Part shown: piece by piece, positions 27,654 through 36,639 of the stretch
How positions within the stretch are numbered: position 1 is the first letter of the stretch
Layout of the letters: every line of letters begins with the position of its first letter
DNA from: an uncultured Phaeodactylibacter sp.
Lineage (GTDB): Bacteria > Bacteroidota > Bacteroidia > Chitinophagales > Saprospiraceae
Reading direction: 5' to 3'
Assembly: GCA_964488965.1 (NCBI GenBank)
Contig: CAZAXA010000001.1
Location: 1 to 62,830 of the forward strand
Length of the DNA: 62,830 bases
Translations under genes and position numbers: made by a program
The notes under the pieces: model-generated
Told to the model about the DNA's origin: nothing
What the model saw: the letters and a program-made list of their open reading frames with translations, nothing else
Database searches by the model: none

Positions 27654-30600
27654 ATGGCCACTGTAAAGCTCAATATTCCCACCCTGATAACGGACGCCAG
27701 GATAGAGGACAAGGTTCATTACCATCTGCGGCCCTTATTTACCGGCTTTCCGGTAGCCAGGCACCGCCGTTTTGACAATGCGGTAGCTTTATTTCAGAAA
27801 GAGGTCCGGCACACTTTCCGTTCTTACCGCCTGGACCGCCAGGGCGCCGGCCACCTGCTGTGGTTTATGTTCAGGCCGGAAGTGCATTATCAGCAGTACC
27901 ATTTCGAGTTCGACCTCGGCAGGCAGTTCGTCAGCGGGCCTTTCGGGGTAGTCCATTTCAGGCTGGAAGGCAAGGTTTTTGTCCTGTTGCCTGCCATCCG
28001 CAATTTCATGTTCATGCTTCCTGCCGAAAAAGGGGACAAAACCGACGTGGAAGGGGCGTCGAAGGAGGCCATACAGGCCATGCTGCGCAACATCAAAAAA
28101 GAAGACGAGAGCGAGTTCAGGCCGGAGGTTTTTTTTGCCGGCCGGCGGGAATTCATCACCACCATAGAGGTAACGGTAAATATCGGGCAGGGTAGCTTCA
28201 GTTTCGAGGCTCCTTCCGCTCACTGGTTTTTTGCCAGCCTTATGGACGATACCAATTTTGACGGAGCTGTAGAGATCGAACGCGTCGGCCAGAACCTGAA
28301 CAGCCTCTACCCTTCCGAACTACGGCGCGCCTACTACCAGGAGGAACTCGTGGGACAGTTGTACAAGGCCATTTTCCAGGGAGGCAATACGCCCCTGGCC
28401 ATTGTCGGGCCGGAGGGCGTCGGCAAGCACACTATCATCCATGAGGTATTGTGGAGGTATGAAAGCGGATTTTACGAAACCCGCAAAGGGCGCGCCCAGC
28501 GCATCTGGCTGATCGACCCCAACCGGATCATCTCCGGGATGAGCATTGTCGGCATGTGGCAGAAGCGCTTCGAAGCTATCCTCTCCTATGTGATAAAGCC
28601 GGGAGAAGCCGCCAAAACCAGCGACAAAATCCTGATAGACAAACCCGTAGCCTTGCTTCGCATCGGAAAATCGGCTCAGAGCACCATGGCCCTCAGCGAT
28701 GTGCTGCGCCCCTACCTGGAGAAACGGCAATTGCAGGCCACCTTGCTGGCCAGCCCGGAAGAATGGAAAGTGATCCAGGAAAGAGGGCGGCGTTTTGCCG
28801 CCCTCTTCCAGGTAGTACGGCTCAGCGAGCCCGGGCAGGCGGAAGCCATCCGGATCATCCTGAAAAACCGGCGCGCCCTGGAACGGGAGAACGATTGCTC
28901 GATAACCATACAGGCGGTTCAGCAACTGCTGGCCATACAGCGCAACTACCTGAAGAACAAACCCCTGCCTGGAAGCGTAATGAAGCTGATGCAGCAACTG
29001 GCCGTCAAGCACCGCTACCGCTCAGTCAATGCTCCGGAAGTCCGCGAAGAATTTAAGGCCTTCAGCGGCCTGGAGGAGCGGATTTTTGATTCTGCGCGGC
29101 AGTTCCAGGAGGAAGAAGTGCACCGGCATATATCCCAGGAACTGGTCGGCCAGCCCCGGGCGGTAGAGGCGCTGGCCAATATCGTGCACATCATCAAGGC
29201 CAAACTGGCGGACAAAGGCCGGCCGCTGGGCTCCTTCCTGTTCATCGGCCCGACAGGGGTCGGCAAAACGCAGGCGGCCAAGGTGCTGTGCAAATACCTG
29301 ATGGGCGACGAGAAGTACCTGATGCGCTTCGACATGAACGAGTACATAGACCAGGGGGCCGTTCACCGCCTCATCGGGGACGACTTCAACCCGGAAGGGC
29401 AGCTCACCGGCGCCGTTCGCTACCGCCCCTTTGGCATCGTGTTGCTGGATGAGATCGAAAAGGCCCACCCCCGTATTCACGACCTGTTGCTGCAACTTCT
29501 GGATGACGGCCGGCTCACCGACAGCATGGGGAGGGCGGTTGATTTCACCAACACGGTCATCATCATGACCTCCAATGTGGGGTCGCAGCAGGTGAATACC
29601 CGCCTGGGGTATCAAGCCGGCCCTGAAGATGATGCCGCCGTCTACCGCCGAGCCGTCGAGCAGGAGTTTCGGCCCGAGTTCATCAACAGGATCGGGCAGA
29701 TCGTCATCTTCAACGCTCTGGAGCTCGGCCACATTCTTGGCATCGCCCGCCTTCAAATCCGGGAACTGTTGCAGCGTGACGGCTTTGTGCGGCGGACTAC
29801 TATTCTCAATATTTCCAAAGAAGCGCTGGAATGGGTGGCCCGGCGGGGCTTTGACGCCCGCATGGGAGGGCGGGCCCTGAAGCGGCAGATAGAACGGGAC
29901 CTCACCTCCCTGTCAGCCAAACAACTGATCTCCACGCAGGCTGAAACACCCATTCTCTTCGACGTCCTCCTGGAAGAAGGCCGCCTCATACCGGTGATCC
30001 GGCCCCTGCAGTTCGTCCAGCCGATCGAGGACGACTGGCTGCCAGAACTTCCCGATGAAACCCGGGGCAAGCCCTTTTATAACCAGTTGCTCCGCAAACT
30101 GGAACACATCCGCAGCCAGCTGCTTGATTTTGAGGAAAAGAGGGAAGCCCACACCGAACCTTTGGTGTATGCCGAGGGGCGCGCCTCCAGCGGCCTGGGC
30201 TGGGAATACTACCACTTCAAAGACAGGGTAGAAGAAACCCGTGAAAACATCAATAATATCAGCCTGGGATTCAGGGACAGGAACTACAAATACGGGCCGG
30301 CCATTCCCCTGCGCCTCAAGCCGGTCAGCCTGGTTCCTAAAAAGGATTGGTCTGCCAAGGGCATAAGAGAAAACATCAAGGACCGTTTATTCCAGCAGGA
30401 AGGTATCCGGGAGATAAGCGAGGCTTATCATTTCGGGATGGCGCCCTTTGACAGCATCAAGACGGAATTTATCGGCAACTACCTGGATGTGGCCTTGCTG
30501 CAGATGCAGCTCAGGGGCGTACTCAGGGGGCGGCCGGAGAAGAGAAACCTGAAAATAAAATCTTACCTCACAGGAATGGGGGAATGGGAAACCGCCTTTT

Positions 30601-30965
30601 TGCTCGATAAGTACTCCGAACTGTTCCAGTTGCTGGATATTCCCCACAAAGTACACAAGAACCGCGGCCTGATCGATATTGAAGCTTTTTCCCTCTACGA
30701 ACTCCTGCAGGGTGAGGAAGGCATTCACCTTTTCTATCCGGGGCAGCGCAACCCCATTCCCGTCCACGTCTCACTGGGGGTAAAAGGCAGGGAGGAAAAT
30801 GCCTACCGGGTAGTGCGCATTTACGACGGGGCCGATACGCTGACAGACCTGCGCACAGGCTTTTCCAATGCCGTCAATATTACGGCCAGTGAATTCAAGC
30901 TGTTGCTTTATGCCGGCATCGGCAAAGGGCTGCGCGGCCTGCTCAACCCGTTCCGAAATAAATGA
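27654..30965 (+). CDS. Atypical Clp/Hsp100-like double AAA+ protein (degenerate D1, intact D2) with unassigned N-terminal (~235 aa) and C-terminal (~320 aa) domains
   Basis: 1103 aa. The D1 Walker A is GPEGVGKH and the Walker B position is ILIDK. The D1 small domain is Clp-like (VVRLSEPGQAEAIRIIL...LPGSVMKLMQQLA). D2 is canonical: FLFIGPTGVGKTQ, IVLLDEIEKAHPRIHDLLLQLLDDGRLTD, VIIMTSN, GGRALKR. Confidence 0.85.
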   Translation: MATVKLNIPTLITDARIEDKVHYHLRPLFTGFPVARHRRFDNAVALFQKEVRHTFRSYRLDRQGAGHLLWFMFRPEVHYQQYHFEFDLGRQFVSGPFGVVHFRLEGKVFVLLPAIRNFMFMLPAEKGDKTDVEGASKEAIQAMLRNIKKEDESEFRPEVFFAGRREFITTIEVTVNIGQGSFSFEAPSAHWFFASLMDDTNFDGAVEIERVGQNLNSLYPSELRRAYYQEELVGQLYKAIFQGGNTPLAIVGPEGVGKHTIIHEVLWRYESGFYETRKGRAQRIWLIDPNRIISGMSIVGMWQKRFEAILSYVIKPGEAAKTSDKILIDKPVALLRIGKSAQSTMALSDVLRPYLEKRQLQATLLASPEEWKVIQERGRRFAALFQVVRLSEPGQAEAIRIILKNRRALERENDCSITIQAVQQLLAIQRNYLKNKPLPGSVMKLMQQLAVKHRYRSVNAPEVREEFKAFSGLEERIFDSARQFQEEEVHRHISQELVGQPRAVEALANIVHIIKAKLADKGRPLGSFLFIGPTGVGKTQAAKVLCKYLMGDEKYLMRFDMNEYIDQGAVHRLIGDDFNPEGQLTGAVRYRPFGIVLLDEIEKAHPRIHDLLLQLLDDGRLTDSMGRAVDFTNTVIIMTSNVGSQQVNTRLGYQAGPEDDAAVYRRAVEQEFRPEFINRIGQIVIFNALELGHILGIARLQIRELLQRDGFVRRTTILNISKEALEWVARRGFDARMGGRALKRQIERDLTSLSAKQLISTQAETPILFDVLLEEGRLIPVIRPLQFVQPIEDDWLPELPDETRGKPFYNQLLRKLEHIRSQLLDFEEKREAHTEPLVYAEGRASSGLGWEYYHFKDRVEETRENINNISLGFRDRNYKYGPAIPLRLKPVSLVPKKDWSAKGIRENIKDRLFQQEGIREISEAYHFGMAPFDSIKTEFIGNYLDVALLQMQLRGVLRGRPEKRNLKIKSYLTGMGEWETAFLLDKYSELFQLLDIPHKVHKNRGLIDIEAFSLYELLQGEEGIHLFYPGQRNPIPVHVSLGVKGREENAYRVVRIYDGADTLTDLRTGFSNAVNITASEFKLLLYAGIGKGLRGLLNPFRNK

Positions 30966-30974
30966 ACCCGGTGA

Positions 30975-31544
30975 TCATTGTTCCCGGCGCTGTATTTCAT
31001 CTCTTATCTTTGCCGCCTGTTCATAATCCTCATTCGACAGGGCCTCTTCCAGCAGGGTTGCCAGTTCCTGGTCAGAAACGCTGCTCAGGTTCTTCCTGGT
31101 AGCGGGAGGCGTAGGGTGGGCGGCAGCCGGGCGGTCGACAATGACCCCGGCCTCATCCATGATGAAATCGTAGGCATAAATGGGGCATTCAAAACGTACC
31201 GCCAGGGCTATGGCGTCGGAAGTCCGGGAATCCAGTTCAAAAGTAGCTCCATCGATCCTCCGGCAAACCATCGTGGCATGGAAAACGCCAAAGCGGAGAT
31301 TGGAGATGATGACCTCTGCCAGCTTAATTCCCAGAGCGGAAAGCGTATTTTTAAAAAGGTCGTGGGTCATAGGACGGTTGACGGGCACCCTTTCCAGGGC
31401 CAGGGCGATGGCCTGCGCTTCGAAAGCACCAATAACGACGGGGAGACGGCGGTTGCCCGCGTCCTCCTTCAACACTACTATAAAACTGTTCGGTTGAGAC
31501 TCACTGTTGGCCAGCGCTACTATTTTCAACTCCAGTTTTCTCAT
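30975..31544 (-). CDS. Bifunctional nuclease family protein (DUF151/BFN) with a C-terminal UVR motif
   Basis: 189 aa. BFN pattern: FIVVLKEDAGNRRLPVVIGAFEAQAIALALE...RPMTHDL...DSRTSDAIALAVRFECPIY. The C-terminal UVR-like helix is LEEALSNEDYEQAAKIRDEI. Confidence 0.85.
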   Translation of the reverse strand: MRKLELKIVALANSESQPNSFIVVLKEDAGNRRLPVVIGAFEAQAIALALERVPVNRPMTHDLFKNTLSALGIKLAEVIISNLRFGVFHATMVCRRIDGATFELDSRTSDAIALAVRFECPIYAYDFIMDEAGVIVDRPAAAHPTPPATRKNLSSVSDQELATLLEEALSNEDYEQAAKIRDEIQRREQ

Positions 31545-31817
31545 TCCATTCCTGGTGCCTTTTAATGTACGTACAAAATCTGACTACATCGGAAAAGGCC
31601 GTTTCCTGCTGGCCCGGCCTCCAAAGTTGAAAGGAAGGTTTAACGTTCCCTGCTTGTTTTCAGTAATATGCAGACGCCCGCTTTTATCCGGAATATAGCG
31701 ATAACGGCCATCGGTTTAGACGCTTTAATATAAGTAGTATCTGTCAATATATAAAGCAGATGGGGTGATTTATTTACGCGGAGCAGATTTTCTGCTTTTC
31801 TCCCGGGCGCCCTTCGC

Positions 31818-33107
31818 TCACGTCCGGGGATAAGCGCGCAGTGCTTCCACAAGCCGGCCGAGGTCTTCCGTCAGGGTGTAAACATTAGGCGTAACCCTTA
31901 TTCCGTTGATGTTCTCCCAGTTGATAGCCACGGTATGTAACTGGCGCTCTCTGAAGAGCCAGCCGCTCAACTCCTGGTTGTCTTCACCTGCCAGGCTGAA
32001 TAAGGCCAGGCTGCAGCTCAGATTCGGGCCGGAGGGTGAATGCAGCCGGAAGCCGGGAATTTTCTCTGCCTGTTCTACCCAGTAGCGCCGAAGGTACAGG
32101 AGGCGTTCCAGTTTTCGCTCAGCGCCGATCATGAGGTGAAAGTCGATGGCCTGGGCGATGGCCTGTTCAATGGCGAAGGAGCGGGTGCCCAGGCTTTCAA
32201 ACTTTCGGATATCCGCACTTTCCGGTTCTACAGCCCCGAAGAGGGGGTACAGCTGTGCAATTTTTTCCTGCCGGACATAGAGCATGCCACTGCCAAAGGG
32301 CGCACAGAGCCATTTGTGGAGGCTGGTACCGAAATAGTCGCATTCCAGTTCAGGAATCGTAAAATTCAACTGGGCAAAGGAGTGGGCGCCATCGACCAGC
32401 ACCTCGATTCCCCGCTGGCGGGCCTGCCGGGCAATCTCGCGCACGGGCAGCACCTGCCCGTTCCAGTTGATGACATGGGTGATGTGGACAAGCCGGGTGC
32501 GGGGGGTAAAGGCGGAAACGAAGGCATCCACGATCTGCTGTTCGTCTTCGATCGGAAAATCGAAAGAAAGCCATTTCAGGACAATGCCGTCCCGCAGGGC
32601 TCTTTGTTTCCAGGCGTTGATCATATTAGGATAGTCCTGGCGGGTGAGCACCACCTCGTCGCCGGCCTTGAGGCGAAGCCCGAAGATCACCGTTTCCAGC
32701 GCCTCCGAGGCATTGCGGTTGACGGCTATTTCTTCAGGAGAACACCCGGCCAGGGCGGCCAGCCTGGCGCGCAGGGGTTCTCTGCCATCGTCCAGTATCC
32801 GCCACATGTAATAGGTGGGCAACTCGTTGCTCATCCGATTATAGCGCTCCACCGCTTCCTGGACGGCGATTGGCTGAGGAGAAACCCCGCCGTTGTTGAG
32901 GTTAACTATAGACGAAGATACCGAATACGCCAATCTGACCTGCCGCCAGAAGGATTCGTCCTGCGCCAGTTCTCCGGCGGGAATATGCCCGTAGCTATCC
33001 AGAAAAACCTGCAGCCTGCCGGCCATTGCCGATGAATAGAAGGGAGCGGCGGCGCTCATGCCAAGCGTACCCGCCAGCGCCCGCAGAAATTTCCTCCTGG
33101 TGCCCAT
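31818..33107 (-). CDS. Class V aminotransferase-fold PLP enzyme with a twin-arginine (Tat) signal peptide
   Basis: The listed start 33137 is TTG, so I used ATG 33107, giving MGTRRKFLRALAGTLGMSAAAPF (RRxFL Tat motif). The PLP lysine context is GTSLHKWLCAP. Confidence 0.8.
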   Translation of the reverse strand: MGTRRKFLRALAGTLGMSAAAPFYSSAMAGRLQVFLDSYGHIPAGELAQDESFWRQVRLAYSVSSSIVNLNNGGVSPQPIAVQEAVERYNRMSNELPTYYMWRILDDGREPLRARLAALAGCSPEEIAVNRNASEALETVIFGLRLKAGDEVVLTRQDYPNMINAWKQRALRDGIVLKWLSFDFPIEDEQQIVDAFVSAFTPRTRLVHITHVINWNGQVLPVREIARQARQRGIEVLVDGAHSFAQLNFTIPELECDYFGTSLHKWLCAPFGSGMLYVRQEKIAQLYPLFGAVEPESADIRKFESLGTRSFAIEQAIAQAIDFHLMIGAERKLERLLYLRRYWVEQAEKIPGFRLHSPSGPNLSCSLALFSLAGEDNQELSGWLFRERQLHTVAINWENINGIRVTPNVYTLTEDLGRLVEALRAYPRT

Positions 33108-33140
33108 GATTAAGCCTGGTTTAATCCTCGCGCCCAAGCA

Positions 33141-33674
33141 CTAAAGTACTATGGCCGCCTCTTTTTTAATGGCCAGCAGCGCCTTTTCCACCGCCGTGAT
33201 CTCGCGCTGGTTGACCATGTTGAACAATGCCTGGGCCAGTTCTTTCCCGTCGGCCCGGGGGCCGGCCTTTTCGGCCACCAGGGATACCATGTTCACCGCT
33301 TCATCCCTGGCCATCTTAATGATCTCCCACAATTGTTCGGAGACATAGACCTGCTGGGTGATATTGTGTTCGTATTCCTGCTGGATGGCCAGCAGCAGGG
33401 CCACGCGCAGTTCTCCCGCCGTCATCCCCTCTTTTCTGATGCGCAGCAGCAGGTTGGGAATAGAGATGCGTTCGCACAGCATGGAAAGGCGTTCATAGGC
33501 CTGCAACTTCAGAGGCAGGGTCATTTCGAGCTGGCCCTTGCGCAGTTCAGCCGCCTGCAGGCGGTACTGGTTCTCGAGGTAAGTTTTTAAAATGTAATAG
33601 GCCGTCAGAAAGACGATCAACGCCGGTACTGTCAGCTTCACCAATTCCAGGATAAAAGATAACCAAGTTGGCAT
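33141..33674 (-). CDS. Hypothetical membrane-anchored protein
   Basis: 177 aa with an ATG start. It has an N-terminal TM helix (LSFILELVKLTVPALIVFLTAYYIL). No catalytic motif recognised. Confidence 0.55.
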   Translation of the reverse strand: MPTWLSFILELVKLTVPALIVFLTAYYILKTYLENQYRLQAAELRKGQLEMTLPLKLQAYERLSMLCERISIPNLLLRIRKEGMTAGELRVALLLAIQQEYEHNITQQVYVSEQLWEIIKMARDEAVNMVSLVAEKAGPRADGKELAQALFNMVNQREITAVEKALLAIKKEAAIVL

Positions 33675-33864
33675 AGGCCTGTTTCCGTTTTTTCAGCCCT
33701 AAAGCTACCAAAATTTACAGCAAATCACCAATCCGGCAAACGGAAGCAAACCAAACCTGCCTTCCGCCTGTTCACTTTGGTAAGACCAACTGGCCACAGC
33801 AAGGCAAAATTTTGCAAAGCACGGCCAGTCGAGTATATTTGCAGCAGCAGCAAAACATTCAAGT

Positions 33865-34221
33865 ATGAGCGAAATGAAACATTCTGCTATCGAGTCGCCC
33901 ATTTCCCTGACCGCCGGCGCCGTAAATGCGCTGAAAAAAATAAAGGAGGAACAATCCATCTCCGAGCAGCACGGCCTCAGGGTCGGCGTAAAAGGAGGGG
34001 GATGCTCGGGTTTTTCCTACGTCCTGGGCTTCGACCTCCAGAAGGAGAACGACCAGGTATTCGAAGTGAACGGCATCAGGATACTGATGGAAAAAGCCCA
34101 TGCCATCTACCTGCTCGGCATGGAAATAGACTGGGTTGAAGGGCTCGGCAACCGGGGCTTTTCCTTCAGCAACCCCAATGCCACGGATACCTGCGGCTGC
34201 GGTTCTTCCTTCTCGGCCTGA
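33865..34221 (+). CDS. Iron-sulfur cluster insertion/assembly protein, IscA/ErpA/HesB family
   Basis: 118 aa. Family pattern: GLRVGVKGGGCSGFSY...C-terminal CGCGSSFS. Confidence 0.9.
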   Translation: MSEMKHSAIESPISLTAGAVNALKKIKEEQSISEQHGLRVGVKGGGCSGFSYVLGFDLQKENDQVFEVNGIRILMEKAHAIYLLGMEIDWVEGLGNRGFSFSNPNATDTCGCGSSFSA

Positions 34222-34258
34222 AGGCCTTTAGCTGCGGCCAGGCCTGAAAAATAACTGC

Positions 34259-34399
34259 TATAGTGATTCTCCTCACTTTATGAGTTTATGCGCGAGAAGC
34301 GGGAATATAAATTCCCGCGTAGTAGCGCAGGAATCTATATTCCTGCTTCTCTACCAAGAAGCTAAAACCTCAATTTGTGAGGGAGGAGAATCACTATAA
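34259..34399. repeat. Highly structured ~140-bp inverted-repeat element (outer stem, inner stem and two twin hairpins): MITE-like or structured RNA
   Basis: The outer arms are CTATAGTGATTCTCCTCAC (34259..34277) and GTGAGGGAGGAGAATCACTATA (34378..34399). The inner stem is GAGAAG/CTTCTC. The twin hairpins are GCGGGAAT-ataa-ATTCCCGC (34300..34319) and GCAGGAAT-ctat-ATTCCTGC (34328..34347). Confidence 0.55.
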
Positions 34400-34585
34400 A
34401 TAGCGCAGATGGAGAGTCAGTTGTTTAACCACAACTGGCTCTTCTGCTTAAAACAACCCTGGTTTTGCCGTTATCCTCCATTATAGCTTCCAAATGACAA
34501 ATGTGGGTATAGCGCCGGGCCATAAGCAACTATATATGACAGGCCGGGTATTTCTAAAAACAGGCACAAAAAATGACAAATATAT

Positions 34586-36439
34586 ATGAAAAGACCACTA
34601 CTACTTATTTCCGGCCTTTTATACGGCCTGTTCTCATTTGCTCAGCCCACTGTCCTTTTTGAGGAGCAGTTCGACGGCGGCATTCCTGATAGTTGGGAGA
34701 TCGGCCCGGGCGACCCCCTCGGGGCGGTGTGGCAATGGACGGCCAACGGCAGGGCCGACGCCGCGCTGGTCAACGGAGTGCCTACCGGCGCTATCCTCTG
34801 GGGCAACCGCATGCCGATCAATTCCCCTTCCGTTGCCAATGGCGCCGCCATGTACAATTCTGATGTGTACGACTCCGGCGGCATCAACGTAGGCCAGGGC
34901 CCCTACCCCAACGGCAGCAGCGGCGCCCTTACTTCGCCTTCGGTCGACTGTTCGGGGCAGGATAAGGTTTACCTCACCTTCTACCAGTATGTGCGCGCCT
35001 TTCTGACCAACTCTTCCTGCCTGGTATCCGCTTCCAACGACGGTGGCCAGACCTGGACGGATTTCCCGATCAACCGGCAGTTTACCGATGCCCGCAGCTC
35101 CACCCGGGATGATGTACAGCTCATCGACATCTCCGAAATAGCGGCCAACCAGGCGGACGTCAGGGTCCGCTTCACCTGGGACGGCCTGTATTTTTTCTGG
35201 CTCATCGACGATGTGCGCCTGATCACGCCCCCGAAGTACGCCCTGGCCCTGGAAAATTTCTTCTATACCCCGGCAAGCTTCGCCCAGCCCGTCACCCAGG
35301 TTGCTACCGATACCTTCGTTTTCAACATCGAAATGTCTAACCTCGGCAGCGACCCCATTCCCAACCTCGTCTTTAAAGGCAGCGTACTGAGGGCCAGCAA
35401 CAACCAGGTGATTTACAGCGACAGCCTGGTGCTGGACGAATTCCCGGGCCTGTACAGGGATTCCACCCTGCAGATCGAGAGGCTCTGGGCGCCGGATCTC
35501 AATACCGGCGACTACCTGCTGCGCTTCGAGGTATATTCCCAGAATGCAGATATCCGCGCACAGGACTTCACGCCCCTCAACGACGTGCGCACCGCCCCCT
35601 TCCAGATAAGCGGCCGCATGTTCGCCAAGGAAGACGGCCCGGATACCGGCGTCCGCCCCGGTACGCTGTCGGATTACACTATCGGGAATTTCTACCAGAT
35701 GAGCCCGCTGGCCGGCAACAACTTCGTCATCGAGGAGCTGCGCTTCGCCGCCGCTACCAACCCCGGCGACCCGCCGCTGGCCGGCAATACCATTACCTTC
35801 ATCGTCTATAAGGTGAAGGACGAAGTCGCCTCCGACTGGTCCAATTTCGAAGATATCGGCGACAGTTCCCTGGACCTGGCCGGTTTCGGCACTTACACCT
35901 TCACCTCTGATGACGACGACCTCGAGATTCTCTCCGTCGACGTCTTTGACCTCGATAACAACCCCATCCCCCTGGCGCCCAACGGGCGGTATTTTGCCGT
36001 AGTTGCCTACTCTGAGGGCGCCAATACCATCTTCCATGCCACCGATGACGATATCGACTATTTTCAGATCTCCACCATCGTCAAACTCGGTGAGGAATGG
36101 TTCCTGGGCGGCTTCGGCCCGGAAACTTCGGCCGTACTGAGGATGGTGATACAACTGTCCAATACAACAGACGAAACTCCGCTGGAGGACAGCGCCATGA
36201 CGCTCTTTCCCAACCCTGCCGCCGATGTTCTCCAGGTTCAGCTCGGGCTGGAGGCGCCCACGCCTGCCATGCTCATTATAGCGGATATGAACGGCAAGGT
36301 GCTCGACATCCGGGAATACGCCGGCGTACAATGGGAAAACCTGCAGTTCAGCCTCAGCTCCCTGCCCGCCGGGGCCTACCTTATACGGCTGAGTACGGAT
36401 GCCGGCACGAAAACGAAGCAGTTCATAGTGGCGAAGTAG
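34586..36439 (+). CDS. Secreted protein with a T9SS C-terminal sorting domain (function unknown)
   Basis: 617 aa. Signal peptide: MKRPLLLISGLLYGLFSFAQ. The C-terminal CTD is LFPNPAADVLQVQL...GAYLIRLSTDAGTKTKQFIVAK. Confidence 0.75.
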   Translation: MKRPLLLISGLLYGLFSFAQPTVLFEEQFDGGIPDSWEIGPGDPLGAVWQWTANGRADAALVNGVPTGAILWGNRMPINSPSVANGAAMYNSDVYDSGGINVGQGPYPNGSSGALTSPSVDCSGQDKVYLTFYQYVRAFLTNSSCLVSASNDGGQTWTDFPINRQFTDARSSTRDDVQLIDISEIAANQADVRVRFTWDGLYFFWLIDDVRLITPPKYALALENFFYTPASFAQPVTQVATDTFVFNIEMSNLGSDPIPNLVFKGSVLRASNNQVIYSDSLVLDEFPGLYRDSTLQIERLWAPDLNTGDYLLRFEVYSQNADIRAQDFTPLNDVRTAPFQISGRMFAKEDGPDTGVRPGTLSDYTIGNFYQMSPLAGNNFVIEELRFAAATNPGDPPLAGNTITFIVYKVKDEVASDWSNFEDIGDSSLDLAGFGTYTFTSDDDDLEILSVDVFDLDNNPIPLAPNGRYFAVVAYSEGANTIFHATDDDIDYFQISTIVKLGEEWFLGGFGPETSAVLRMVIQLSNTTDETPLEDSAMTLFPNPAADVLQVQLGLEAPTPAMLIIADMNGKVLDIREYAGVQWENLQFSLSSLPAGAYLIRLSTDAGTKTKQFIVAK

Positions 36440-36505
36440 GGAGGGTTGATCGTTCGGAGTTCAAGAGGCAAATGTAGGCCATCCCATATTTATCATGCTT
36501 TGAAG

Positions 36506-36586
36506 ATGGAACGCGGATGACGCAGATGATGCGAATCCGCGGGGATAAGAACTCTGCCGGAGTTATCCGCATTATCCGCGTTCCAT
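36506..36586. repeat. Imperfect palindromic extragenic element rich in ATCCGC/GCGGAT units
   Basis: ATGGAACGCGGATGACGCAGATGA (36506..36529) pairs with TTATCCGCATTATCCGCGTTCCAT (36563..36586) over 24 positions, with 2 mismatches and 2 G-T wobbles. It lies between convergent genes. Confidence 0.5.
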
Positions 36587-36639
36587 TCCAAAATTCGGGA
36601 TAGCCCATGTGTGCCGGGCCGGGCTGCCAAAATGATCCG

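Noticed and set aside
27654-30965. Annotating this gene simply as clpB or clpA
   Set aside because: It lacks the Clp_N repeats, the ClpB middle coiled coil and a ClpP-binding loop. Its D1 Walker A/B motifs are substituted. It is kept as an atypical Clp-like AAA+ protein.
34634-36331. 565-aa - strand ORF opposite the T9SS-secreted protein gene
   Set aside because: It has a Gly/Arg/Val-rich composition and no motifs. The + strand frame has a signal peptide and a T9SS CTD.
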